NCBI GenBank assembly: GCA_963841915.1
Contig: CAWJEN010000006.1
Coordinates: 192,001 to 256,000 of the forward strand
Source of the DNA: an uncultured Planctomycetota bacterium
Lineage (GTDB): Bacteria; Planctomycetota; Phycisphaerae; Tepidisphaerales; Tepidisphaeraceae
Length of the DNA stretch: 64,000 nt
Direction: 5' to 3'
In this document: positions 32,733 through 43,675 of the stretch, in pieces
Numbering within the stretch: position 1 is the first letter of the stretch
How the letters are laid out: each line of letters begins with the position of its first letter
Made by a program: the position numbers and the translations under genes
Notes under the pieces: model-generated
Seen by the model: the letters and a program-made list of their open reading frames with translations, nothing else
The model's database searches: none
What the model was told of the DNA's origin: nothing

Positions 32733-33623
32733 TTGTCGTCTCATGATCCTTATCTTGCCGCCCGGGACGTGACGCGGCGGCATGCGCGGTCATTTTACTT
32801 TGCCAGCCCGTTTCTGCCGCGGAACAAGCGGCGGCACGCCTTTGCCGTCTACGCGCTATGCCGACGGCTTGACGATGCCGTCGATGAAGCTCCGAACCCG
32901 CTCGCGGCACAGGCGGCGGTGGCGACGTTCGAGGCGATGCTCGACGATGTCTACGCCGACAGGTCGCTCGACGACGACGTGCTCGAAGCTGCTCGCCAAA
33001 CCGTCGCCGAATGCGACATCAGCCGCGAGCTCTTTGTCGACCTCGCCCGCGGCGTCGAGGCGGACCTGACCGTCGACCGGTACGGCGACTGGCAGATGCT
33101 CGAGCGATACTGCTACCTGGTGGCAGGTGTTGTCGGCCTCATGATGTGCGGCGTCTTTGACGTCCGTGATCCCGCCGCCCGGCCCCACGCGCTGGCGATG
33201 GGCAATGCGATGCAGCTGACGAACATCCTGCGAGACGTCAAAGAAGACTGGCAACGCGGCCGGCTGTACTTGCCGGCGGAGGATCTGCAACGTTTCGGCG
33301 TGACACGTGGCGACATCGACGCGATGACGAGCGGCCGCCCGGTCACGGACGGCTTCAGAAGGCTCATGACGTTCGAGATCAGCCGCGCCCGCAAGCTCTA
33401 CGCCGACGGCTATGCGGGCCTGGGGTACATCAAGCCTGACGGTGGCAGGCAGACGGCCGCGGTCATGGCCCATGTCTACGGCGGCATCCTCGACGCCATT
33501 GAACGCGGCGGTTACGACGTCTTTGCCAGCCGCAGACGCCTGCCATTCCCGCGAAAGCTACTACGCGTCCCTGCCGCCCTAATAATGAGTCGAGCAGCAG
33601 TCAATTCGGACGGTGCATCTTGA
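32733..33623 (+). CDS. Phytoene/squalene synthase family protein (CrtB/HpnD-like)
   Basis: ARSFYFAS, CRRLDDAVD, YCYLVAGVVG, QLTNILRDVKED, GRLYLP; start uncertain. Confidence 0.9.
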   Translation: MSSHDPYLAARDVTRRHARSFYFASPFLPRNKRRHAFAVYALCRRLDDAVDEAPNPLAAQAAVATFEAMLDDVYADRSLDDDVLEAARQTVAECDISRELFVDLARGVEADLTVDRYGDWQMLERYCYLVAGVVGLMMCGVFDVRDPAARPHALAMGNAMQLTNILRDVKEDWQRGRLYLPAEDLQRFGVTRGDIDAMTSGRPVTDGFRRLMTFEISRARKLYADGYAGLGYIKPDGGRQTAAVMAHVYGGILDAIERGGYDVFASRRRLPFPRKLLRVPAALIMSRAAVNSDGAS

Positions 33624-33660
33624 GTCGAGTCGCTGGAGCGACCTGCTAGCCGTTGATGTC

Positions 33661-34668
33661 CTAGCGGCGGCTTAGCATTGTGCTGAATTGGCTGGAGACG
33701 GCGTCGTAGCCCTCGACCGGACGGGCGATGTCGACGGTGCGGGCGGCCGGGGCAACTTTGCCGCGAGGAGCGGCGTCGTAACCGACAGCCAGCAGCCAAC
33801 GGCACGCAGGCCGCAGCGGGTCGAACCGGCTGCCGTCCGGCAGCACCCGCAAATCGCGATCGGCGGACGGCATCGACTCGAGAATGGCCAAGGCTAACGG
33901 GGGTGAGATGTCGGCATTGGTTACGGCCGTCCCGCCGTGGCCCACGCCCCACGCCGCCACTCGAGCTGCATCGACGGTCGGCCTGCCCCGCACGTGCTCC
34001 ACGGCCGCGGCAACGTCGAGCGACTCGGTCGCCCCAAACGTCATCGGTGACGCCTCATCCGGCTTGGCAGATCGAGTTTGCAGGACCAGGACGTGCGAGC
34101 CACCTTCATGCAGTCGCCGAGCGAGCGGCATCGTTTGACGTTCGTCGTGACCGGCGTCGTGGACGAGCACGACTGCGGGCCGGCGTTCGTGCAGGCCACC
34201 ACGGGCAAGATGGGCCGCATCGCGAGCGGCCGTCGCCGGAATCCAGACGGCAGAGATCGACACGCCGTCGACAGCTTCGAGTTCGATTCGCTCTGCGTAG
34301 AGCCCGGCCGGTCGGGCCGGCTCCGTCAGCGTCGTCAGGTCCGGCGGCTGAACTGCCAGGTACGTCGAGGCGGCAGAGACGGCCAGCAGCCCCGGCACGA
34401 TCCAGCCGATCTGGTAGCACGCCCGCTTCATCAGCTTGCCCGCCGACATCGGCCCGCCCGGCACGTCGCCCCAGGGCGTTGCCAGCACGGGCCAAAGCCT
34501 GCGACCGACTGCTGCCGTAGATCGACCAACGGCCGAGCAGGCGACAAGACCGAGGTGCATTGACCAGGCCGGCACTTTGCGCAGCGGTGGGACGAGGTAC
34601 GTCCACCAATGGTGCACCGGCCGCTCGAAGTCGCTGTGCGTGATCGGGGTAAGGCTGACTCGGTGCAT
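33661..34668 (-). CDS. Membrane-anchored alpha/beta-hydrolase-like protein, nucleophile apparently lost
   Basis: PAVVLVH, TFGATESLDVAAAV, elbow AWGVGHGG where GxSxG is expected. Confidence 0.6.
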   Translation of the reverse strand: MHRVSLTPITHSDFERPVHHWWTYLVPPLRKVPAWSMHLGLVACSAVGRSTAAVGRRLWPVLATPWGDVPGGPMSAGKLMKRACYQIGWIVPGLLAVSAASTYLAVQPPDLTTLTEPARPAGLYAERIELEAVDGVSISAVWIPATAARDAAHLARGGLHERRPAVVLVHDAGHDERQTMPLARRLHEGGSHVLVLQTRSAKPDEASPMTFGATESLDVAAAVEHVRGRPTVDAARVAAWGVGHGGTAVTNADISPPLALAILESMPSADRDLRVLPDGSRFDPLRPACRWLLAVGYDAAPRGKVAPAARTVDIARPVEGYDAVSSQFSTMLSRR

Positions 34669-34861
34669 GGGAACAACTCCGGTGTTGGGGAACTCGATGA
34701 CACGGGATCCGTCGCGTGGCGTCCCCATGACGTCGCATCCAAAGCCAAGCTGGGCAAGGTGGCCGGTTTGACCGGCGGACGCTGGTCCGATAGTTTGCGG
34801 GGCGACGGAACGGGCACGATGCCCTTCTGCACAAATCCTCCTCTTGCGAAGGACGGTCAGG

Positions 34862-35617
34862 ATGACCCGACCCGCGAAATCTGGCGGCAAGCTCGCCCTC
34901 TTCGAAGTACTCAACAACAGCCGCGACGCTGCCGCACCCTCTCCCGCGGCGGCCAAGCCGCAGCCCGAACGTCAACCGACGCGTCAAAGCGTTACCGGCG
35001 ACGACGGCTCGTCCTTCCCATTCGGCAAAGCCCTGCTTGCGACCACTGCGGTCGCAGCCATCGTGGGCGCTGCGTTCTTCGTCGGCCGCATGTCAGCCGC
35101 ATCGGACAACACAGCCGTCGCGGCATCGGGCGATGTTCGGCCTGACGTGCTGGACGTCGACCCCATTGCCAACGTCGACGACCGCCTGCTCCCGACTGCT
35201 CGCCTGGCCGGTGGCAGCACCGTTGTTGCCACATCTCCCGTCACGCTCGGCCCACGCGGCACGCCCGGTGCGGCTGCGACCGTCGCCACTGCGCCACCTG
35301 CGGTCACGCCGGCAGACGTGGAGCGGATCGACGGCCTCAACTATCTGCTGATACAAAGCTACCACCCGAGCGAGCGCGACCGGGCCGACGCGACCGCCGC
35401 CGCCCTCATCGACGCCGGCATTGGTGCGACTGTCGAGACCAAGATCCGCGGCTGGGGCAACTACTGGTGCGTCGTCGGCACCGAGTCGTTCAAGCGTCGC
35501 ACGCGTAACCCGGACCTCGACGCGTACAAGAATCGCGTGATGGCCGTCGGCCGTGACGCGAGCAAGAGCCGGCTCATCAAAGCCTTCGACCCGCAACTCG
35601 TTCAATGGGGCCGCTGA
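34862..35617 (+). CDS. Single-pass membrane protein with possible C-terminal SPOR-like domain
   Basis: LALFEVL N-terminus, one TM, low-complexity linker, YLLIQSY...YWCVVG domain. Confidence 0.55.
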   Translation: MTRPAKSGGKLALFEVLNNSRDAAAPSPAAAKPQPERQPTRQSVTGDDGSSFPFGKALLATTAVAAIVGAAFFVGRMSAASDNTAVAASGDVRPDVLDVDPIANVDDRLLPTARLAGGSTVVATSPVTLGPRGTPGAAATVATAPPAVTPADVERIDGLNYLLIQSYHPSERDRADATAAALIDAGIGATVETKIRGWGNYWCVVGTESFKRRTRNPDLDAYKNRVMAVGRDASKSRLIKAFDPQLVQWGR

Positions 35618-35624
35618 GGCGATC

Positions 35625-36077
35625 TCACTCACCTGTCTGCAGCAGTTCCGTCGCCCGGCGGAGCAGCTTCTCGAGGCTGGCGGGTTTGTGGAAGTAGTCG
35701 TTGACGCCGCGGGCTTCTGCGTACTGCTGGTGCCGAACGCCTTCATTGCCGGTGAGCATGATGATGAACGGCTTCTCGCTCGGCAGGCGGTCACCCTTGA
35801 GCCGCTCGAGCACGAGGAAGCCGCTTCGGCCCGGCAACATCATGTCGAGCACGAGCAGGTCGACCTTTTCGCTGCTGGCAATGTCGACCGCGCGGTTGCC
35901 GTTGCGGGCAGTAAAGAGGCGGCAGCCCGTCGGCTCGAACGCGGCCTCGAGCGTCTGCAGCACGTCGACATCGTCATCGACCAGCAAGACGGTGAAGCCC
36001 GACAATGGCCCTGCTTCGTCCGCGCCTTCGTGCTGGTCGTTATCGTTCTGCTGAGCTTCGAGCTGTTCGGTCGACAT
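35625..36077 (-). CDS. Single-domain response regulator (receiver)
   Basis: VLLVDDD, LLVLDMMLPG, IIMLTG, YFHKP. Confidence 0.9.
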   Translation of the reverse strand: MSTEQLEAQQNDNDQHEGADEAGPLSGFTVLLVDDDVDVLQTLEAAFEPTGCRLFTARNGNRAVDIASSEKVDLLVLDMMLPGRSGFLVLERLKGDRLPSEKPFIIMLTGNEGVRHQQYAEARGVNDYFHKPASLEKLLRRATELLQTGE

Positions 36078-36235
36078 GAGTCCGCATTGTCCGCGTGCAG
36101 GACCATATAAGTCAAGGTACAACGCTTGAAGTTAGCCAATTGAGCCCGCATGGCCGATAAGACAACGGTCGGAGCCACCACGAATGGAGGCGACCGGCAC
36201 CAAGACCCGACAATCCCCGCGCAAGGACCGCGCCT

Positions 36236-37240
36236 GTGCCCCTGATTTTCAACGACACGCCTGCCTCGCCCTCCGCACACGCCCCACGCCTGGCCGACAT
36301 GTTCGGCGGGCGAGGCGATCGCTTCGCCGGACCTTTCGGCGGAGACGCGGACGACCCGATCCTGCTGCTCGACAGCGGCCTGGGTGGCATGACCGTGGCC
36401 AAGGCCATCCGCCAGCGACTGCCACGCGAGCGGCTCGTCTACGTCGGTGACACCGCCCGCGTGCCGTATGGGTCCAAGAGCCCGGCCGCCATTCGGGCGG
36501 CCGCGTGCGGCGTGCTTCGGGCGGCCCTGTCACGCCTCAGCGAAACCGGCCGCCGACCCAAGCACGTCGTCGTCGCGTGCAACTCGGCCAGCGCCAACGC
36601 CCTTGAAGCGCTTCGCGACACGGCCGGTGACGCATTCGGCGTGACGGGTGTCATTCAGAGCGGCGTCCGCACCGCCTGCGCCGCAGGTGGCAGCAAGACC
36701 CGCCCCACAATTGGTGTCATCGCCACTGAGGCGACCATCCGCAGCCGGGCGTATGACACTGCAATCGCCCTACGTCGGCCGCGCGCGCACCTGCTGCTGC
36801 GTGCGACGCCGATGCTTGTGCCCATTGTCGAAGAAGGCCGCAAGGCCGGTGACCCGCTGGTCGACTTGGCGTTGCGTCAGTACCTGACGCCGATGCTTCG
36901 CCGGGCAAAGGAGCTTGCCGAAGGCCTCGACGTGCTCGTCCTCGGCTGCACGCACTACCCAGCCCTGCTCGACGCTATCCGCAAGGTCGTCGGCGAAGAG
37001 ACGACCATCGTCGACTCGGCAGGCGAATGCGCCGCAGACGTGGCCGAACGCCTCGACCGCGCGGGCCTGCTCCGGGCGATGGGTGACCCCGCACCTGTCC
37101 GTGTGATGGCGACCGATGTCACCAGTCGATTCAGCAAGCTCGCCTGCCGCCTCCTAGGCGAGACAATCGAGGCTGCTGAGCTGTTGACGGTCGAAGACGG
37201 AGCGGCGCAGGACGCAGAGCCGATGCTGATGCGGGCTTGA
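36236..37240 (+). CDS. murI: Glutamate racemase
   Basis: DSGLGG, PYGSKS, VACNSA, LGCTHYP; start uncertain. Confidence 0.92.
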   Translation: MPLIFNDTPASPSAHAPRLADMFGGRGDRFAGPFGGDADDPILLLDSGLGGMTVAKAIRQRLPRERLVYVGDTARVPYGSKSPAAIRAAACGVLRAALSRLSETGRRPKHVVVACNSASANALEALRDTAGDAFGVTGVIQSGVRTACAAGGSKTRPTIGVIATEATIRSRAYDTAIALRRPRAHLLLRATPMLVPIVEEGRKAGDPLVDLALRQYLTPMLRRAKELAEGLDVLVLGCTHYPALLDAIRKVVGEETTIVDSAGECAADVAERLDRAGLLRAMGDPAPVRVMATDVTSRFSKLACRLLGETIEAAELLTVEDGAAQDAEPMLMRA

Positions 37241-37321
37241 GGATGGTTGAGGGTTACCTGTTCAAAGCCACGGAAGTGGCTTTGCCGGGTGTTGTGTTGG
37301 CTCGCGTTCTAGTGTGGTGCG

Positions 37322-38062
37322 ATGCGTTGCAAGGCTTTGATTCTGCTGTCGGGGCTGCTGCTGGTCGGGTGCAGCACGTCGCCGGACCGCGAGCCGTTTA
37401 CGGCAGACGATCCGAACCTTCGCGTGCAGCCGACGTTGGCTGCTGCGTTCACGGGCGTGGCCGGAACGATGGAGGCCGGGCTCGAAGCCGTCGGCCTGTT
37501 CCTCCGCACGCCGCCCAAGCAATTTGCCCAGACGCTTGTCGATGAGACCGCAACAGCCGACGCTCGTCGCAACGCGATCAACGGCCTTGTCCGTCGACCT
37601 GCCGGCCAATCCGACACCTACGTCGCCGCCTACGCCGCCATCGCCGCCGACACGTCGGGCGAGGATGCACTTGTCCGCGCGGTGGCCGTTCGGGCGCTGA
37701 ACCGATCGGAGGCAGATCGCAGCGAGCTTTACATCAGCCTGCTCACCGATCGTGACGAGCGTGTCCGCCTTGAGGCGGCCAAGGCGTTGTCGAAGGTGCC
37801 CGCCGACGACGCCGTCGCCCCGCTTCTGGCGATGGCGACCGACAGCACCGAAGACCTCGACGTTCGCCTTGCCGCCGTCTACGCGTTGCGGCATTACGCG
37901 CAGCCGGAAGTCGTCGAGCGGCTCGTCGCGTTGCTCGACGCCCAACCGTTTGCCGTCGCCTTCCAGGCGAGGACGGCGTTGGTTCGCATGCTTGGCATCG
38001 ATCGCGGCTACGATCGCGACGCCTGGCTTTCGCCCCAGAGCACACCCACCGGGGCCGGCTGA
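37322..38062 (+). CDS. HEAT-repeat lipoprotein
   Basis: Lipobox LVGC; repeated VRxxAxxAL motifs. Confidence 0.8.
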   Translation: MRCKALILLSGLLLVGCSTSPDREPFTADDPNLRVQPTLAAAFTGVAGTMEAGLEAVGLFLRTPPKQFAQTLVDETATADARRNAINGLVRRPAGQSDTYVAAYAAIAADTSGEDALVRAVAVRALNRSEADRSELYISLLTDRDERVRLEAAKALSKVPADDAVAPLLAMATDSTEDLDVRLAAVYALRHYAQPEVVERLVALLDAQPFAVAFQARTALVRMLGIDRGYDRDAWLSPQSTPTGAG

Positions 38063-39030
38063 TGCGTGCGCTCGTCTTCAGCGACAAGCTCAAACTCGAC
38101 AACGCCCGCCCGACGCCGACGCGTGGGGCCGGCGAAGCGCTGCTGCGCCTCCGCATGGCAGGTGTTTGTGCGACCGACCTCGAGATTGTCCGCGGATACA
38201 TGGGCTTCCAAGGGACGCTCGGGCACGAATTCGTCGCAACCGTCGAGGCGGCGGACGACGCGTCGCTCGTCGGTCTGCGTGTCGTCGGTGACATCAACTG
38301 CGTGTGCGGCACCTGCGACCTGTGCCAACGCGGCTTGAGCAGCCACTGCCGACACCGCACGGTGCTCGGCATCCTCGGCCGTGACGGCTGCTTTGCCGAC
38401 CTATTCGCGCTGCCGGAAGCGAACCTGCACGTCGTCCCTGACAACGTCAGCGATGAGGAGGCCGTCTTCGTCGAACCGCTCGCCGCAGCCGTACAGGTGC
38501 GGCAGCAACTCGGTGCGGCTTTGACGCCCAAGACGTGGATCACCGTGCTCGGCGACGGCCGATTGGGGCTGCTCGTGGCCCAAGTCCTACACGCGACAGG
38601 CGCTCCCGTTCGTGTCGTCGGGCGGCACGCGTCAAAACTGGCATTATGCGAACGGTGGGGCATCAAAGCACGCCATCTGCGCGAGATTCAGCCGCGGCAC
38701 GATCAGGATGTCGTCGTCGATTGCACCGGCAGCGCATCTGGACTTTCCATCGCGGCGGCCATGTGTCGGCCGCGTGGGACGCTCGTGCTGAAGTCGACCG
38801 TCGCCCCGTCGCCGGGTGGTCAGCCGATCGATCTGGCGCCGATCGTCATCGACGAGATCACGGTCGTCGGCAGCCGCTGCGGCCCGTTTCGGCCGGCCTT
38901 GCAACTGCTCAGTGAAGCCCGCGTCGATGTCGCCAGCCTGATCACCCGCCGCATGAAACTTGCCGACGGCGTCGAGGCGGTGAAGGCAGCCGACAAGCCG
39001 GGCGTGCTGAAGGTCTTGCTGGAGCCTTGA
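38062..39030 (+). CDS. Zinc-dependent MDR alcohol dehydrogenase family protein
   Basis: GVCATD, GHEF, CxxCxxC..HC, GDGRLG. Confidence 0.9.
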   Translation: MRALVFSDKLKLDNARPTPTRGAGEALLRLRMAGVCATDLEIVRGYMGFQGTLGHEFVATVEAADDASLVGLRVVGDINCVCGTCDLCQRGLSSHCRHRTVLGILGRDGCFADLFALPEANLHVVPDNVSDEEAVFVEPLAAAVQVRQQLGAALTPKTWITVLGDGRLGLLVAQVLHATGAPVRVVGRHASKLALCERWGIKARHLREIQPRHDQDVVVDCTGSASGLSIAAAMCRPRGTLVLKSTVAPSPGGQPIDLAPIVIDEITVVGSRCGPFRPALQLLSEARVDVASLITRRMKLADGVEAVKAADKPGVLKVLLEP

Positions 39031-39036
39031 GGCCGC

Positions 39037-39206
39037 CGGATGAACGCGAAGGGGCGAAGAAGCGAAGGTCCGCGAAGGAGGAGGAAAGAGAATCACAGCT
39101 CAGTCAGCAGGATGAATACTTGCAGTTCTCGTCACAAGCGTGAACCCCTGCTTCTCGCATCTGACCTTCGCGGACCTTCGCCCCTTTGCCCCTTCGCGTT
39201 CATCCG
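39037..39206. repeat. MITE-like element with 42-bp imperfect terminal inverted repeats
   Basis: CGGATGAACGCGAAGGGGCGAAGAAGCGAAGGTCCGCGAAGG (39037-39078) mirrored at 39165-39206; between convergent genes. Confidence 0.7.
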
Positions 39207-39217
39207 TCTGTCGAGGG

Positions 39218-40986
39218 TTACATCCGCTCGGGATGTTCGATGCCCAGCAGATCCAGCGCCTTGGCCAGCGTGCGGCCGGTCAGATCGGCCAGGGCCAATC
39301 GGCTCGTGCGGACGTCGCCCTCGCTCTTGAGGATCGGGCAGGCATCGTAGAAACGGCTGAACTTCTTCGACAGATCGTACAAGTACGCACACAAGACGTG
39401 CGGCCGAAGGTCGCGGGCGACCTGCTCGATCACGTCACCAAAGCTCAGCAGCTCTTTCGCCAACGCCAGTTCGGCGTCTTCATTGAGGACGGTGACCGCG
39501 CCACCTAGCTCAATGCCCGCCTCGGCCGCCTTGCGAAGGACGGACCGGACGCGGGCGTGAGCGTATTGCATGTACGGCCCGCTGTTGCCGTCGAGACGCA
39601 GCATGTCGTCAAAGCTGAACACGTAGTCGCTGCTGCGGTCCTTGCTCAGGTCGGCGTACTTGACGGCACCGATGCCGACGGCTTTGGCGAGGCGCTGCTT
39701 CTCGTCTTCGGGCAGATTCGGCGATGCGACTTCGACCACCGTCATCGCCCGCTGCTCGGCCTCGTCGAGCAGGTCGGCTCAGCTGAATCGTCTTGCCGGC
39801 ACGCGTCTTGAACGGCTTGCCGTCTTCGCCGAGCACCGCACCGAATGCCGCGTGGACGTACTCGCACGTGCCGGGCCAGTCGGCCTTCTCCACCGCCTCG
39901 GCGTAGGTGGCAAAGACCTGGCGAAAATGCTGAGTCTGACGGGCGTCGACGAGGTAGACGCTGCGATCGGCGTGCAAGCTCGCTCGCCCTGAACTTGCAC
40001 GCGGCAAGGTCGGTCGTGCCGTACCCGTAACCGCCGTCGCTCTTGCGGATCATGAGCGGGCTCTCGAAGCCACCGGCAAAGCTGACGACGGCCCCTTCGC
40101 TTTCGACGGCAACGCCGGCGTCGAGTAAGTCGCCGACCACGCCCGGCAGCTTGTCGTTGTAGAACGACTCACCACGCTCGTCGCCGCGCTCGAGCAGCAC
40201 GCCAAGGCGGCCGTAGAGCGGCTCGTAGTGGCGGCGGGTCTCATCGATGAACCGCTGCCATGCCTCGACGACCTCTTCGTCGCCACGTTGCAGAGCGACG
40301 ACCGTCTCTCGGGCGATCTGCTTGAAGTCGTCGTCTTCGTCGAAGCGTTGCTTGGCCTGTTTGTAGAACGACTCGAGGTCACCGATGTCGGCCGTCTGCA
40401 GGCCGCCTGCTTCGCGGAGCCGAGCGATCAGCATGCCGAACTGCGTGCCCCAGTCGCCGACGTGGTTCTGGCGGATGACGCTGTGGCCGGCGAAGGTGCT
40501 GGCGCGGGCGACGCTGTCGCCGAGAATCGTCGCGCGGAAGTGACCGACGTGCAGCTGCTTGGCGATGTTGGGGCTGCTGTACTCGATGACGACCGTTTGC
40601 GGCTGGGCGACGACGGGCACGCCGATGCGGTCGTCGACCAGCGCTGCCGACGCCTGTCTGGCGACCCAATCGGGCGAGAGGCGGAAATTGACGAAGCCCG
40701 GCCCGGCCACGTCCGGGGCCGCGGCGAGCAGGTCACCCACCTCCAGCTTGGCTGCGACGTCCGTCGCGAGCTGTCGCGGATTGACCTTTTCGCCCCGCTC
40801 CTTCTTGAGCCGACCGGCCACGCCCATGGCGGCGTTGGACTGATAATCGCCCATCTGCGGGTTTCCGCAGGGAGCAACAAGCGGGTCGACGTGCTCCAGG
40901 CCGGTCGCTAGCTCGAAAGCCTCGGCGACGGCTTGGGCGAGCAGGCGGAGCGGGGTCGGGAACGTGGGCGAAGTGGTCGATGACAT
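39218..40986 (-). CDS. argS: Arginine--tRNA ligase, split by two +1 frameshifts (~39976, ~39779)
   Basis: EYSSPNIAKQLHVGH, NHVGDWGTQFG, KPFKTR, VKYADLS, GPYMQYAHAR spread over three frames. Confidence 0.92.
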
Positions 40987-41104
40987 AAGCAGCGGTTGGC
41001 AGCACCGTAGTGAGGCGGCCCTGAGCGGCTGCAACCTTGGCGGCCGTGGATCGTATAACGTTTGTCCTGCCGTCTTGAGGCATTAGCTAGCGAAGGAACC
41101 GCCC

Positions 41105-43515
41105 ATGAAGTTGATTCGTCCCGCCGCCCGTCTTCGTCTGATCGCCGCCGTTGCCGTGACTGTGGCTGCTGTCACCGGCGCGTGCACCGCTCTGCCGATG
41201 CACAGCCGCGGGCGGTCGCGGGTCCGATGCTCGCCGGCACGTCGAACGCGGTGATGGCCGAGGCCCTCGCCATGGCCGACGGGGAGCTGATGAACGCTGA
41301 GGAGCTCAAGCGTCAGGCCATCGCTGCCAGTCGCACGGGTGATTTTGTCAAGAGCGAGTCGCTACTCGAGCAGGCGATCAAGGAACGCCCCGACGACCCG
41401 GCGTTGCACCGCATGGACGCCTGGGTCGCCCGCTTCATCCAGCAGCGGGCCGACTTCGACAGCGAACGGCAGAAGGCGTACGACCAGCAGGTTCTGGACG
41501 TGCAACTGCTTCGTGACAACGGCTACCGCTCGCACGCGTTACGCGCCGCCCATGCCGCCTCGACGCTCGCCGCCGACCGCGAGGCTTACACGTCGCTGCC
41601 TTGGGTAGCCGAGCTGATCGACGACGGCGCAAAGCGTGCTGCCGAGTACGAGGAGAACGGGCAGTGGCTCAAGGCCATGCGGGTGTACGGTGACCTGGCC
41701 GGTTTAGAGCCGCTTGATGTCGAGTGGAACGCCAAGTTCAAGGCCGCTCAGCGCCGCGTGCGGCTGCTGGCGACGTACGTCCCAGGCCACTTCGACGGAT
41801 TGCGCGAAGAAGCGCTCGAAGAAGTGCAGGCGGTCGACAAGCTGCTGGCCGAGAGTCGCAAGATCGGCAACGCCGAGGCCGGTGACCCGATCGACGACCC
41901 GGACCTATCCGACGGCGAAGCGAGTGACGCCATCGACGGCGAACCGGCCACCCAGCCGAGCACACAACCGGCCGTTGATGATTTTGCCCCGCTGGCCGAG
42001 GAGTTCAAAAGCGATTGGCACGACGCGCTCGAAGGCGTGTCAATGACGATGCTCCGTGACGCCCTCGAAGACGCCCGGCAGTACCACGTCCGCACGGTCG
42101 CCCTGAAGGAAATGCTCACCGGTGGCCTGGAAGCGACGCTCGCCGTGGCCACGACGCCCGGCATGGAGGCCACTTTCCCCACGCTCGACGACGAGGTTGC
42201 ACGCACGCGATTTATCGAAGGACTCAATGCCGAAATGGCCGCCTTGTCGGGCAACGCTGAGGCCGACCGCAACACGGCCGGTCGACTGCTTCGCACGATC
42301 TCGGCCTTGAACAAGCGGACGCTGAAGCTGCCTGAAGAGGTGCTCGCCGCCGAGTTTGCCGACGGTGCGTTAACGAAGCTCGACCCGTTCACAGCCATGA
42401 TCTGGCCGAGCCAGGTCGACGAGTTCAAGAAGAGCACACAAGGCAACTTCGTTGGCGTCGGCATCAAGATCCGGGCCGAAGACTCCGGCGACCTGCGCGT
42501 TATCAGCCCGCTGCCCGGCGGGCCTGCCATCGAAAATGGCATCCGCTACGGCGACGTTATCACCCACATCGACGGTAAAAGCGCCCACGGCATCAGCGAC
42601 ACCGACGCCGTCAAGGTCATTACCGGAGAACCCGGATCCGATGTCACCCTTACCATCCGCAGCCTCGACGGCACCGTCGTCGAGCACACCCTGACCCGCC
42701 GCCAGATCGATGTCCGAAGCGTCACCGGCTGGCAGCAGCTCGACGACGGCAAGTGGGACTGGATCGCCGACGACGAGACAGGCGTTGCCTACCTGAAGGT
42801 TACGAACTTTCAGGCATCGACGGGCGAGGAGCTTGAAAAGGCCCTTATTGATGCCCAGGAGCAAGGGGCCAAGGGCATTGTCCTCGACCTCCGCTACAAC
42901 CCGGGCGGTCTGCTCAAGAGCGCTGTAGAAGTCAGCGACCGCTTCCTGACCGGCCGCGAAGGTAACGGCCAGATCGTCTCGACCCGCGGCGAACGCCAGG
43001 GCGGGCCACGGAACACGTTCCGCGCCAACCGACAACGCGGCGACATCGACCTGCCGATGGTCGTGCTCGTCAACGGTTACAGCGCCAGTGCCAGTGAAAT
43101 CGTCAGCGGTGCCCTCAAGGACAACAGCCGCGCCCTCGTCGTCGGCGAACGCACCTTCGGCAAGGGCAGCGTGCAAATGCTCTTCGACCTCGCCGGTCGC
43201 GGAGGCGACGCGTGGCTCAAGCTCACCACGAGCCACTACTACCTGCCCAGCGGCCGAAACATTCACAAGGAAGAGTTCGATACGGAATGGGGTGTCGACC
43301 CCGATGTGACTGTCCCCATGACGCTGCGGCAAAGCTCTGACGCCATCCAGGCTCGCCAGGCACTCGACGTGCTTCGTGACGACGGCACGTCGGCAACGAT
43401 CAAGGTCGAGAACGCCGATGTCGACGCCGAAGAGGCGTTGCTCGACAACGACGCCCAGCTGTCTGCGGGCATTCTGCTGCTCCGCATGGAGCTGACCGGC
43501 GAGTCGGTGCTCTGA
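41105..43515 (+). CDS. S41 family C-terminal processing protease with PDZ domain; frameshift near 41188
   Basis: DLRYNPGG, SASASEI, TFGKGSVQ; the RBS plus signal peptide MKLIRPAARLRLIAAVAV...GAC at 41105 is in a different frame from the main ORF. Confidence 0.88.
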
Positions 43516-43675
43516 GCGGCGCGCAGGCGTTGTGTTATCTCAGCAGGCGATTATTTGCAACGCGGGTTGCAGGAGGCGATCAGGTGGCGCATAATGGGCC
43601 ACATTCATCCCGCGCAAGCGTCTGTGCCCGCTGTGGGCACGGACAAGCGGAAATCGCCTGCTGAGGAGAAGCACT

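Noticed and set aside
39218..40986. argS, atpA and atpF as pseudogenes or programmed frameshifts
   Set aside because: Essential genes with otherwise intact motifs; single-base indels without slippery sites are better explained as sequencing error
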